From assembly GCA_964035545.1 (NCBI GenBank), contig OZ037765.1, positions 13,588,698 to 13,652,697 on the forward strand: a DNA stretch of 64,000 nucleotides. The letters are read 5' to 3'. Below the pieces are notes generated by a model. It was not told where the DNA came from. It did not search any database and worked only from the letters and a program-made list of their open reading frames with translations. Made by a program: the position numbers and the translations under genes. Shown here piece by piece: positions 1-14,509 of this stretch. Position 1 is the first letter of the stretch. The number at the start of each line of letters is the position of its first letter. The stretch comes from Bugula neritina. Taxonomy: Eukaryota; Animalia; Bryozoa.

Positions 1-553
1 TTACCATTTGCCAAACCTCTAATAGGTGACTCAAGCCCCTTGATGGATATGCATATGTTATGAGTATCACTGCTATGATTTGGATATTGTGACACCTGGT
101 GATCTTGGCAGAACTGACTATAAAAATAACTGTTCAGGATTTCAGCGCACCTCAGTGAGTTGTCAGTTAGTTGATTAGTATCAGGGTCAGTAAGAGACAT
201 GGAAATATTATCTTGACCAGTTTTTTGCCTCAGGTGTTTGAAAAAAGGCTTGGAATTTCCCCTCTCTAATGGTTTACATACCTTCTCAACTACATAGTTC
301 CTCTTTTTGTGACGAAGCAATTTTTGCAAGATTTTCGCTCTGTTTTATACTTCTCCAAGAAAAACACATCCCTTGTTTTTTTATACTTAAACCAAGTTTT
401 TCTTTGCTTTTGAGCAAGCTTCTTTGCCTCCTTATCAAACCAAACAGGCCAGCAAGAGTTTTTTGATTTTAAAACTTTTGTAGGAATGTGATCTTTGCAA
501 GCCTGCGCAAGACCTTCTCTAAAAAGGAGCCACATGTTGTCCGGGTCTGACAT
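1..553 (-). mobile_element. Degenerate LINE (CR1/L2-like) ORF2 fragment, region between endonuclease and RT, running off the window start
   Basis: ORF 290..553 reads 'W..FREGLAQACKDHIPTK..K...PVWFDKEAKKL..KQRK.W.KYKKT', and downstream 'AEILNSYFYSQF' is typical of this LINE linker; the frame is interrupted. Confidence 0.7.
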
Positions 554-3500
554 GTTCTTAAGTTTGTTACAGACAGTTAATAGTTAAACTTAATTGATGA
601 TAATCATAATGCACTAACAAATAATATCATATTCATAATCATAATGATATTAATAATATTATTATTAATCATAATCATAATGAAATTAAATAATGAACCC
701 ATAATCATAATGATAATGATAATCATAATAATGATAAAGTTAAATATTCAATATTCATACTCATAGTCATAGTAATTCAAATTGCCAGACCAAAAAATTC
801 AGAATTTTAAATTTGAAGGATTTTTAACGCCATGGCTATTAGTATTACTATTAGTATATTACCTTTCTAACTTCAAAAACAGATCAACTGCAAGGTTTGC
901 AACGAGTGGTGTAAGATGAAATGTTTTGGTAACAAATCTATTGTTTGTTTTGAGACTAAAATGCATTGAACGAGTAACTACCGCAACTTGAACTCGGCCA
1001 ACTCGAAAAAGTCCTCGAATAAATCGTAAAAAGACAATGATGTGGTAATTTCAGCGGTTATGTAAACCCTAGCGCATTTATATCGCTAAGGTTGAGACTG
1101 AAAACTCCCGTGGCATTTCACGATCTTCCTATATAATAATATCCCTTTATTATTATTTTATGTTGTCCTTGAAAAATAACCAATGAGCGGACAGTAGATA
1201 TTATCTGCGACACAACTATGCATCATCAACATGGTGATTAGCAGCAATGACTATGACTGTATGAGCACTGCTCAGAAACAATAATTATTTAACGCTTATT
1301 TTGCTATCAACTTCTAACACATATATTCTGAGCAGACAATTATTTGATTAATTTATTTTTAAAAGTCTAGCAATGAGTGACTGCAGCACTTTTGGTGATT
1401 AATTAAACGCCATAAGAAGATTTACTGACGCCATTCTCATCCTGATTCTGATTCTCACGCACATTGATTTTGAAAATTATCGTATTTCCTCTTGCAGGAC
1501 TTAGAAAACCAAAAGAAAGATAAAACTAATGTAAGAGTTCTAAACTTTAAAACCATTTTTTTTAATAAATTACTCTTTTTAAACTTATTTTTACTGAGCA
1601 AGTGAGAGCAACTAATAGTAATACATACTCATAGTGATACACTGATAGAGTTACTGTTAGTAACTGCAAGTGTAATGGAACAAAATTGTATTTACATTCC
1701 TATGTTTGCCAGTATATATAATATTACTATTGATATACATAGACAAACTAGATTTATAACTATGAATCTACTTAGTGCGAATTTAAACTATCAAGAATGT
1801 GTGATACTAAGACTAAGAGTAAATGTAATGATTTAAGTTAATTATGCATTATATATAGTTAGATCATTCTATTTGCACTACTAGAAAGCAGAATTAGTTT
1901 AGGAAGTATAACAATAGACTAGTAGGCACTAGGACATGGGTTCGAATCCTGGCAGGGTCATAACTGATGTCAGTTGATTTATCAAATCCATAACTGTCAG
2001 GACTCACTCTGTGTCTATGATAGTCATAATAACCAGGACTAGTTTTACTAGATGGCTTTTTATTTACTACTCTAGCTGATTTAAGTGTAACTTCAACTAC
2101 ATTGTCAGAATTATTGCTTAAATTTAAACTGCTTGATCTAGTTTCACAAACCACCAAAGGAGATTCTTAAGCAATAATCTTATTTTTCAAAATATTGGAC
2201 AACATTTTCCATGTAAGTTTTTCATTTAGTATAGGTTGTTTTTCAATCAATTCATTTCTTAGACCTACTACTGCTATACGAATAGCAAATAAAGCTTTCT
2301 CACCAAATCCTATTCTCCTACTATTTTTGACACTATGTACTATGTAGCAAAAATTCTCATTCTCAGCACATGTTTGAGATAAAGTTAGCACCGTATTGGC
2401 ATTCTTACTCTTTTTATAATCATCTTTCAAAGAATTTTGAGTAGGTATCATTAAGAGCATCGGTATCGAATTCTAAAGAGTAAAGCTGGAACCTCAGTTT
2501 CTTGTCCAAACCTGTTAACAGTATTTTCTGACACTATTTTGGTACTTGTTTCTAGGGTTGCCAAATGAACTGCTAGGTTACACTTAGCTAACTATTTTTT
2601 TAAAACCATCAGTCTGATGATTTGTGCACAAAACTAACTTAGGAAACCGACCAAGGTTGGTGATCCTTGTATTATTTCCCATAATGACCTGATAAATTTA
2701 GAATTATTATATATATCAGTGAGCTTTAACTAATATTAAATTTTTTGAATAAAATATTTTACCAACTTACAAGTAATATGACTGATAGTATGAGTATCAT
2801 TCCACTAACCGGAATACTCAACAGCAATTTAAGCTAAAATTTTATTTCTTTTTCAATACCACACCTGTTCCAAATTAATAAACAATTTCTCTAATATCAA
2901 CTTTTTTTCTCCACAGACCTTTTAGTATCTCGCTGATAGCGCCATGTTTAGTATGTAAGTTCAACTTGTTAGACATTCTAACTCTTAGTCAGCAGCAGCT
3001 CTTCCTTATTTGGATTTTCTCTATAATAATCTGATAGTCAAAAGAGCCAATCATAATACTTGTAAGGCAGCATGACATCAAGTTAGTTGCTAATCTATCA
3101 ATATTTTAAACCCCTTTCAGTTTAGAATTATAATTTCAAAAAAGAGATTAAGTTGTTCAATCAATAAAATGTAATAACTATTACATAATATATACTAAAC
3201 AATATCTTTTAAGCTACGATAGTATAACTGTCTATAACATTAGAAAGGCTTTAAACTGCAAACTAATAGCATGTTTTGTATACTCATACTGATACTTTTC
3301 ATACTAATACTGTTCAGGGTGTGCAGTCCATTGATAAGATCCTGTCTCGTAAAGTATAATTTTGAGTGCAAAATTACTTGCGTTGAATACCATTGCTAAA
3401 AAAATACATTGTTTGTGGTTGCAAAACTCTAGTGACAATTGTAGATATACCATAGCTTTACTACCCCATCTTATTATAGGAAATTGATTGTGAAATGAAA

Positions 3501-3737
3501 ATGTAAAGCTGAAGTAATACCCAGCCAATTAGATCACTAGCAGGAAAACTTTTTGCAATCTTTTCTCAGCATGTTGGCCACATGAATCCCCACAAAACAA
3601 CCCTATTTTCTGATCAAAGTTGTAGCTTTATATGGCAATAACTTTATTAAGCGTTTAAAGTAATTGCCTTTTTGCAGTTTTCCTGCACTACAACTGTGCC
3701 TACAACTGTACCTGCACTGTACCTGCACTGTTATAGG

Positions 3738-6700
3738 ATGAGTAAAGAAGTTATGGATATAGACGACACTGAAATCATTCTTCTAAATGATCATCCAGTT
3801 ACTGGAAAGCTGCCCTCGTCCAACAGGCCTTCTCCGAGCAACTCTGCTGCGTCAAGTGGAAGGAGAAGGATCTCTACCCCGGTGCTTGTCACTTCCCCAA
3901 TAGCGCAAAAAGCTTTATTGAGTGGAATATTTAGTGTAGATAGTGAAAGCTATGACATCACTTTATATTCAACACACATTTCTATGACTTCCATGAGCGG
4001 TAAACTCAAAGGTTAGAAAATCTACATCATTGCTCCATCATTACCTCAACATTACATAAAATATATCACAGACAATAGACAATATTGTACACATAAAATA
4101 CCCTAGTAAATAACTATTGGTTTGGTATGAAACCTTATAAAGGCTACTTTCTATGACAGTGTTAGAATAGATTACAACCGTAGATTATGCAATAATACTT
4201 TTTAAATGCTTGGTTGTTCACACCAGCACTACTATACTAAGTTCATGCAATTATCAAATTTATGCTATTTTTATGTTAGATTGTTTTAAATATTTGAGAA
4301 AAAAAATTTATTTTGAAACCTAGGACATGTTTTGGAGTAGATAAAAAGCCAAATGAATAAAATTTCAAAGGTACCTCACTTAATTATTAGAAATAACTTT
4401 GAACAAAGTTCAAGATGAGTAACAGAAAATCAATTTATTATCCATGCCATTGAGTTTTTAAATGAGAGCTGCTATTAATAGACTATTTGTTATTTTTTAT
4501 GGGACATCTTTCATCCATATAAACCTTTGCTATTTTTACAGGGCATGTAGGTAAAAGGTTGGGTGCAAAGAGAATTAATGGCAATTGTATAGAAATACAT
4601 CTCCAAGATCTATTTGGAGTCATGCTACAACGAAATAAATCTAAAACAAAAAAGCCAGGTTCATGTCAAGGTGTGGAACTGCATACGTTTGTTGAAGGAG
4701 AGACGAATAAACTGAAGCATGACATAATTTCTCTGATACACCCTAGCGAAGAGACTTGCAAGAAATGGGTTGAAGAAATCGGTGCAATCTTGCAAAGTAT
4801 GTGCATAGCATTTCCTGCAATTATTATATTTCATAATACAAATATAATCTGCATGTATGATGCTGTGTAATTAAAATATGACCATGTGCTCATGATTAAA
4901 CAACCGGAGTAAACATAAAAATTCATATTTTTTTGTTATATATAATTGCAGCTGTTATAACAGCGTTGTGACGTTCTCAGTGTGCATATATTTTAAATTA
5001 TATTATATTTTACTCAAATGATAGGTTTTTAGATAATTGAATTTTTAAGAGATTTTATGTTTATTTCAAAAGTTAAATATTCATGTTTTCTACCGGCAAA
5101 TGCTATTATTTGTAGCTATAACAGGCAGACCAAAAAACGCAAAGTTGTATATTGATGCCACTGCAAGCACTAGAAATCTATTCAACAATCAAATTTATCC
5201 GATATTCTTTTCAGCTGGTTTAACTGCAGCTGTTGAAGGTGAGTCACAGCGGCTATTTTTATTCTGGAGTACAGATCTAAATATATTACTGCTTCTAGCT
5301 AGGGTCAAGGTATATTGAGAAACTTACATAAGGTTATTTTATTTCATTAGCATTGAACAGTTTTTTAAAATTCCATTGGGTGAGATACTATTTTTGATAT
5401 AATATACTAAACAAGCTATTGGTTTGAGTCAGAACTCAAAATTTAATCTGTCCAGTTTTTTATTTTTATATTTTTTCATAATTTATTGCCATTTTTTGTT
5501 GCAGAACATAAAGATGTCGCTAAAGTAGTGAAAGACATAGAAACCATGGATTTATCACAGTTTGACTGGTAATAAGTTTATTTTTAGTTTTTGATATGAT
5601 ATTTAAAACATGTAAAATTTGCATATTATTTGATATGGGCAAAATCTTTTAAATAAAATCTCATTTAGACGATCTGCTATACTAATAAGTATGGCATTAA
5701 AATAGGCTGTTTAATTAGATAGATCTCTTTTCTGTGGCTTGTGGAAGTGATAGTTTTGTAAGCAATTTTTTTCATGAATTAGGGTTTCTGCAACATTTAG
5801 TAAACAAACATAAATTTACATGTATAAGCAAAACATCTCAACAGTTTATATATTTATACAATTAATAAATTTCTGCATTGATTGGAAATTTAAAGCCTTT
5901 TACTAATTTCGAAGTTTGTGTAGAGATTTACTAGCTATGTAGTACCAATATTGAATCACGTATAATTTATTAGTTAAACTGATGATATTTCAGCCTGCTA
6001 GTGGCTGGGGGAGACAATTTAGTTAGCACTGTTGTGGATGCTGTAATGAAGAAGATGCAATTTGATGGTGGAATTGCACTTGCAGGGAAGGAGAGCTTCA
6101 TGTCTTCATCCATACCTGTTGGTGTGATACCTTTGGGCGTGTCCAATGTTATTGCTCACACTGTGCATGGTGTGAATGATATGGTCACTGCTGCCTTAAA
6201 TATTGTCTATGGTAAGCTGCCGCTCTAAATGTCACATATAAAATATTTAGTACATATAAAGCAGTATATTGCAGCAATGAGTTTATAAGAAACTAGCATA
6301 ACTACTGATGATGACAATTAAAATTAGTCGTGTCAATTTCCAAGTTACTGTTTATAGTTCAAGGATCTTCATTTTTAGATACATTATATACTCATAAAAT
6401 GTTTTTGTACTAACTTGGACTGTGGTTTTGGTGTGACTGAGTTAATTGCCATGAAAGATTTTTGTTGTTATTTTTATTGTTTGAAATGATTTTTTGTAGG
6501 AAAAACTCTGTTATCTGACATACTTTTTGTGACTCATTCTCAAAGCAATTTTTACAAGTTTGCGTTTTCTGCGCAATATGGTTTTGGCAGCACTATAATG
6601 AAGTCTGTGAACAAATCAAAGTCAACTCAGGCCAACAGATATCAATATGCAATTGCCAAAGGACTTACCAAGTCAAAATTTAGGTAAAATTATTTCTATG

Positions 6701-9700
6701 TATTTCAAATTAAAATATTCATCGATAATTTACATGGTAGCACTGGCAAGACCTTAAAGTTGTTACTTACTTGACCAAAGTATTAATGTTGATACATGAA
6801 TCCTTATAGAAGAAATATATTGCTGATAAACATTCAATGTATACTGTGTGGTCAGCTTGGTACTGAGTTGTATCAGCTGATACCTTGTAAGAAGCTTGGC
6901 AGTCTTTGTCAGTGAAAGAATATTGATATATATATATATATATTTTTTTTGGTCGAGATAACATTGTGTTTTAGGACTTGAAATATATAATTTTGGAACC
7001 ATCTTTAAACAATTATTTCTAAAATGAAAAAAACTAAAATTTAGAGATATTTTTAATAATACACAATTAACTAATATACTGAAAGTTCTAGTTTCGTAAA
7101 AAGGTTATTCATTAATTATTAATATATTATGCCGCACATGCATATGCACAGATATGCAACCTTATATGCAGGGTACAAGTGAGCACCTGAATGTACAATG
7201 TTATATGGCAGATGTTTACATTGATGCTGTGTAGAAGTTGTAATTCGTTTATATTTGCAAGTTGTGTTAAATTACTGCAAGACGGTATTATTATGACTGG
7301 TTATGTTTTAGACCCTATGGATGTGAAGTTAAATATAAGTCAGTGAATGCCTGTTTTGGTGAGCCTCTAGATGGTGCAACTTGTAGATCTGGGTGTGTAC
7401 TAACATACGATGTAAACTAATATATACTAATTGCATATATAATACTTTGCAATGGTGTCATATATCCTAAGCTGTCTGGTATAACGTGTGACCAGTGCAT
7501 ATTTAAAAAAATCCAGTACATTCCACTATAGTATAATAAATTGTACTAGCCTAGAATCTATGGACGTGCGTAATACTGTATTGTGTTCCCCTGCATCATT
7601 CATGTGACAGTGCAGACGATATGCTGCTCTACTCACAGTACTTACAAACTGTTGTTATAAATGTGATAAAAGTTGTCCTACCTTTTCAGTTCATTTTGTG
7701 TTTTGAGTAATCAGAGAGTTGTCTTATCTCCCTGGTTTATTGTGAAATAACTAATTGACTATTGTAGTAGTTTTGTGGGTTATAGAATGAAATCAGGCAG
7801 AGAACATAACTCCTTGTTATAGAAGAGACAAGAGAGAGAGGTTGCCGTGTGCTTGCAGTACTTTATTGTAGTAGAGAGAAGTATCCAGTGTGAGCTCCAG
7901 TCCGCAAGTGACTGAAGCTCTAAAATGCGTGTCCTTTTATACTAGTAGAACAAAGGACTTCTAGAACCTTCCACCGACAGCGGGCCGATGTTCGGCAGGG
8001 GATGCCGATTTCGTCATGTCGGTAACCGACACTGGAAATATCGGTAACCGACATTCGGTCTGCCTGCATCCACCTGCCGAAATCGGTCCAACTGTCGGTT
8101 TACATGAATCAACAAAAATGAACCCAACCAAGTGTATGCGTATTGTAACTTGTAATTGGGGGAAAGGGGATTAACTATTTACTATGCTGAAAGCTCAACA
8201 GTAGCCATAGTGTTTAAGGTATTAGAAAGTTACGCTACATAATTAGCTGTGATTACAGTATTTAGAAAAATAGCCATAAGTAATGTGCCAAGGGGGATAA
8301 CTCTTAATATTTACCACACTATTGCAGATGCACTGTTTGTGGGAATGACAATCAGAGCCCCTGCCTTGACGGCACTAGATTCTCCGATCCCCTCCAAGAC
8401 TTTAATCCTCTAGAGTTGTCTAACAACAGCAGTCAGCTATCAGGTAGGCAGTAAGACTAGTGTGCTGCTGTTACTGCTCAGTAAACTAGTATCTGATTTT
8501 ATAGGTATCTATTAACCCATTGATTCTTTTGTAAGCAGATACAAAAGGCAGCTCTAACCGACACCTACTTTGAATAATCATGCAATGTACTTTGTTTCAA
8601 GTATTTGTGTATCCACACTATTTTACTTTTAGCATAATAACAAGTGGTAGTTATACTAAGAAACAAATTGTTTTAGAAATGGGTGTTGGGGATATTAGCA
8701 CTACTAAAGGAGACTATTTAAGTATATCAGTATACGCAACTCCATCACCTTGTGACATGGCTCCTCTCGGACTCAGCAAATACACGCACATAGCAGACGG
8801 CTGCATGGACGTTGTATTGGTTCACGGTACTGAAAGAAAAGAGTTTATGAGATTTCTCAAGCGTAATGGAAATGCTAAGAACCAGGTATATTCATATCTT
8901 GTTTATATTTTATACTAATCTTTATTATAGTCCTACATAATTTTGATCATGAATTGATTTGATTTCAAAAATGGAGAAGAGTTATACTCATATTTGATCA
9001 ATTTACTGAATTCATAATCTCTATAGGTACCCTAACTGATTGATGCCAATTGAAATTTTCAATTATTTCAGCTTAATTTGAGCTATCAGGTAAAACAGAA
9101 ATTATCATCTTGATTTTAATTTTTAATCAACATGCATACATGTCAAGCTTGATGTTGCTTCACAACTATGATGCGTACTATGCAGCAGGTTTTTTTATAA
9201 AAGAAATAAACATTTTTAATATAATTACGTGGCAAAACTGATGTCGGACACCAAACCTTTTGCTATTTTGTTTTGTTGGTAATGGGCAGCAAAATTTTTC
9301 TGAGTTTTGCCTTTTGATTTTAGCTGGATTTCCCATTTGTTGAGAGCTACAGGGTTAGTGATGTATCCTTCCACGTACGCTTGCCTGTTGGGTGGAATTA
9401 TCGAGACCGAGATTATAGTGAAATTGTGGACCAAGTTAGGCAGCAGAAAAGTAGAATTCAGGTACATGTACATTGTATAAGGATTTTTTTGATAATATTT
9501 CATTATCGTAGATTGTAATGTTTATATTGTAGAATGAATACACACAACTTATATTCCCTACTCCTTCTTGAAAGCAAGTACTGTTCTAATTATTATCAGC
9601 TTATGTTACTATCAGGTAGTTCTATATAAAGATTAAATGAATTAGTCATTCCACTACGGGACTTTGTGTTTGTAGTCAGCAGCTACTGATGAGTCAATCA

Positions 9701-12700
9701 AGGTGGTTGCAGATGGTGACTCAACTGTCATGGCTGCTTTAGAAGGAAATGGTTCAGAGTTGAGTGATTCTGACGACAGTGAAAGTATCTCCAGCAGACC
9801 TACTCAGTCAGCCAAATCTAATGACAAATCACAAGAAGTAATGCATAAAGTTATACTTCAACACACCCTTTAAATGTGACTCCAACATTTTAACATCGTC
9901 AGTAAACCCGATGCCCCCCAAGCCCAAAATTAATAGTCAGATTCCAAGCTAAGAACATCTTTGTACCTGAACCAATGCATCATAACTGACATTGCTTTGT
10001 TTCTTTATTTGATGTATGTGCAATTCTCCTTCGTAAAATTCTTTTATCTAGGTATTATATCCGTAGTATATGTTTATTTAGTCATTTTTCGCACATTATT
10101 TTTCGTTAGCAAGTGTGCATTTGTTAAGAATAAAATTTAATTTTAGAATAGCAAGCCTGGACCTACTAAAATGTCTGAAGGTTACGTTCACGCGATACAC
10201 AAATACACAGAACATGATCGTAGATTAAAAAAAAGGAAGCAAAAAGATATGGACCGAGAAATGAAAGCTAAAGTCAAAGAGGAGAAGTTAATTAAATCTG
10301 TTTGGTACTTGGACACATGCCCTTGTACTGAAACGGATCTCACTATAAGGTAACCAGTAATTCTTGTAATGGCTTGTTCACACTACAGTTATAAGTAAGC
10401 ATTCATCCCTGCGAGTCACATGTTCAATATGTCATATCCTTTTTCTTGGTGTTCACACTATATGGCATTTAACACGTGTCAAATCTATTCTCCTAACCAA
10501 TCAATATATTATTACAGTGTATTACCATATCTTACAGTTTATTAAATCGTATTACGAAGTATTAAAGTATATTACAGTGTCTGACAATGTCTCGAAGTGT
10601 ATTACAGTATATCACAGCATATGACAATGTTTTACACTATATTACATTATGTTACGACTATTACATAGTATTACTGTATATTACAGTGGAAAACAATGTA
10701 TTACAGTTCAATACAGTATATTACAGTAGATTACATTGTATTGCAGTATATTACGGTATATTACAGTGTATAGCAAAATGTTATAGTGTATTACAGTTTC
10801 TCACAGTATATTAAAAAGTCTGGCAATGTATTACAGTGTTTTCGGTATAATTCAGTATATTACATTGTGTTGCAGTATCTTACAGCGCAATGCAATGTAC
10901 TAGGTATAGTTTATTTTAGTATATTACAGTGTATTACAGTGTATTAGTGTACCTTACAGTTTATTACATTGTACTACTGTGTCTTACAGTTTCTTACAGT
11001 ACATTACAGTGTATGACAATGTATTACAGTATATTATAGTGTATTACAATACCGTACCATTTAATAGACTCCGTTACCGGGTATTACTGTTTATTAGAAT
11101 ATATTACAGTATATCACAATGTCTGACAATGTATTACAGTGTTTTACAGTATAATTCATTGTATTACAGTGTATTACAGTATATTACGGTGTCAAACAAT
11201 ATCTTACAGCTTACTACATTGTATTACTGTTTATAACAGCATATCCCAGTATATTACAGTGTAGTGTAGTAGACTACAGTTTTTTATAGCATATTACAGC
11301 ATGCTACAGTGTATTACATTGTATTGCAGTGTATTATAGTATATTATAGTTTTTTACAGTATCTTACAATTTGTTACATTGCATTGCCATACATTACAGG
11401 TTCTCACAGTATATCACAGTATATCACAGTATATCACAGCGTGTGACAATATATTACAGTGTAGGCCTACTACAGTATATTACAGCGTGTTACGGTATAT
11501 TACATTGTCTTGCCGTATATTAAAGTATATTACAGTGTCTGACATTCTCTTACATTGTATTACTGTGTATTACAGTATATTATAGTGTCTGACAATATAT
11601 TACAGAGTATTATGGTATATTACAGTATAATACAGTGTATTAGAGTATATTACAGTGTATTACTATATGTTACAGTTTATTACATTGTATTTACTCTGTA
11701 TTAAGTATATTGCCGTGTCTGACAATGTCTTACAGTGTAATTTACAAAATATCACAGTGTATTACAGTATATTACATTATTTTACAGTTTATTATAGTAT
11801 CTTACAATTTATTACATTGTATTACCATGCATTGCAGGTTCCCGCAGTATATTGCAGTATATTACAGCGTGCGACAATGCATTACAGTTTATTACAGCGT
11901 ATTTCAGCATATTACAGTGTATTACAGTATATTACAGTGTATTACAGTGTATTACCGTATCTTACAGTTTATTACATTATCTTACCATGTATTAAAGTAT
12001 ATTACAGTGTCTGACATTCTCTTACTATATTACAGTATAATACAGTGTATTACAGCATATTACAGTATGTTACAGAGCATTGCATTGTATTACTGTATAT
12101 TATAGTATATTACAATGTATTATAGTGTATTACAGTATATTATTGTTTAGAATTTTTTCTTCACTTGTAATAACCAATAGTCAAATTTACTAGCATAATC
12201 TAGGCGTATTTCTTTGCACAAGTAAGATAAATCTATTGATAAAGTTTTTAAAATACTATTTGGGAATAATATGTAATCTCCAACGTCATAAATAATAATA
12301 CGGGATAGTTGGACAAGAAAAAATTAGCCAATAAAAACTCAAACATTAACTGATAAAATCAATGCAAAATCTAAAACCAAATAACTGTGATGTCATTAGC
12401 GATTAAAACATAGCCCAGTAGTGGCTATGAATAATCACTTTTGCTATGGTGTGAACTTTACATTATACTATACTGTTTATATGAGTGTTAGTCAAACTGG
12501 AGCATAATTGATTTGTAAGTCTTTACTCAGGTTGTTTTTAAAGATATTTCAAGTACGCAGTGATGGTATTTACTTTATTTCTTGATTTTAGAAATTTAGT
12601 TTAAAAGTAAACTTAGGTGAAATATTAAAAGATATAAACGTCACTAATACAGAATTGTATGCCAGGCTAATGAGACAAAGATCAAACAGCTTTTGTTTTG

Positions 12701-12854
12701 AAGCTCTTATCCTTCCTGGATATTTTCACGGCATACTTATTTAGATCCACTTTTTATTTTGTACAGAGTTCTGCAGAAGATGGTTATTTTCTATGGGACA
12801 GGCATGAGTTCGAATAACAAAGAGCCAGATGTGTTCTGCTTTCCTGCTGTTTGA
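3738..12854 (+). CDS. CERKL: Ceramide kinase-like protein (PH-like + DAGK catalytic-type domain), about 13 exons
   Basis: Approximate exons: 3738-4011, 4541-4797, ~5115-5238, 5504-5567, 5994-6211, 6500-6683, 7312-7392, 8328-8443, 8631-8885, 9323-9460, 9676-9837, 10147-10349, 12767-12854. Motifs: RPK, 'FDCLLVAGGDN', 'PVGVIPLGVSN.IAHTVHG', the CERK-type CxxxCxxC (CRSGCTVC), 'PCDMAPLGLSKYTHIADGCMDVVLV', 'LDFPFVESYRV'. Confidence 0.85.
7763..8318 (-). mobile_element. Solo LTR (556 bp, Gypsy-like) in a CERKL intron
   Basis: Starts TGTAGTA and ends TACCACA (TG...CA, imperfect inverted termini); 4-bp TSD CTAT at 7759-7762 and 8319-8322; TATAAAA and AATAAA present on the minus strand. Confidence 0.8.
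10506..12143. repeat. Degenerate satellite of about 10-bp units (TATTACAGTG/TATTACAGTA), about 1.6 kb, in the last CERKL intron
   Basis: Continuous periodic variants of tattacagt(g/a); accounts for the Y/I/T/V-rich spurious ORFs. Confidence 0.95.
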
Positions 12855-14509
12855 TCATTATTGCTGACTGGCAGCTTACTTCCTTATTTTGATTATTTGT
12901 ACACTTGTGCTATTTTTAGGTATACTTGTTAGTTATCTCTAAAGTTTTAGTAATTTATCAACATTTTTAGTTTGTGCTCTATATTGTCTGTCATTGCTCA
13001 TCTCATAGTTGTTGTCATAAAACAATGAAAATCTTGCAGTAGTCTGTAGCATATTTGTAGCATCATTTGGTTAGAAATTATTTATAATCTATCAGTGAAT
13101 TTATACAATTACTATATTAATACCAAGTTTTCTCCAGTTACTACAACTATGGATTTAAATTTATTGATTTTACTTTTTATTGTTTGTGAAGAGGCGAATA
13201 TGATTTATCCAGCTAAAAGTAGACTTTTTGCATTGACTATCTTATTATATTGCATCTATCCCATAGGATGGTGACAACCGTAAGTGAATTGTATTTTTAT
13301 TTTGCATTATTTGCAGATGTTTTGATTTTTACACTTGTAGCATCCAATTGTTTTACTGATTTTCAAAAGTTGAATGCAAAATTTTTTATATCTTCTTATT
13401 GTAAAAATTTCAAAGCGATTTCTCTCTCCAAAAGTAATGAATGATATTCCATATAATATTATCATAATATAAATATTCAACTTTAGATTTTGATATTAAA
13501 AAACAAAGGTTTCTAACATTGAATATATATTTATCAGTGATACTATGAGTCAGCCAATCAGAGACTAAACTTGGGAGTCAGCTGATTTGTTGCAGTAAGA
13601 ATGATGCATGACTCAGACCTGTTCTTAACTATGTATACCACATTGTGTTTACTTTAGTGTTGGTATTACCCAGTAGTTCCCCATCGCTGTTTTAGATGCG
13701 CTCTTAATTAACCACCAACATGACAGTGTGAAAAACTGATATGTGTTGTGTATTCATTTAGCACTTTTATTCTTCACTTTGTCTGCTATAAGTATTTTGT
13801 TTATGCACAGTTGCCATGTTTTTCTGCTGGTGTAGGTGTTATGTATACTTTTTCTCAAATTTATCTTCTTTTACAAAGTTTTGGCTAACTATATAGTGCT
13901 ATTTTTTAATAATTATTTCAAGTTTTGATAAGTTAATACCCTGTTAATTACTCTTGCATGGAAGGCTAAGAAATGGTTTATTTTGAGTTCATAATTTTAT
14001 TATATGCAACACTCTAAGAAGTTTATTATGTGGGCTAAACTTTATATATGTAACATGACTTACATGAAGATCATGACATATATGTTATGATATACAATTG
14101 TAAGTACTAAAAACTAGATATTATATAACAAATTTTATAATTGAAATAATAGAATGAAGCTGCACATACATTTTAACGCCAAACATAATCTAATATATAA
14201 AAATATCTTTTGAAAATGGTGATGTGCACCGTAAAACTGATTTGAAAGTAACCTAACATTAAAATAATAAAATATATTTTAATATATTTACCAAGGCAGT
14301 ACACACATAGCATGCATTAATAAGTATAGGAGGTGAATGAAATGCATTATGTGAATTAAAGATGTGCCATTATATTTATTCAAATAATTATAACTATAAG
14401 GAGCACTTTTTACATAATCTAACAGAATATGCATTATATTCTGATGAACACAGTTAATACATTTAGCAGCAAATTAATGAGAGTACTTTGCTCTCAGTTT
14501 TATTCTTTC

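Noticed and set aside
1914-1960. tRNA-like B box GGTTCGAATCC (1939-1949) with a weak A-box-like sequence
   Set aside because: No cloverleaf and the A-B spacing is too short; at most a SINE-head relic that I cannot support
10587-12105. Y/I/T/V-rich ORFs
   Set aside because: Translations of the 10-bp satellite inside a CERKL intron
13561-13630. Short inverted homolog of 16430-16505 (also ~25040 and ~34720)
   Set aside because: Probably a small dispersed repeat fragment; no termini or structure to support a specific call
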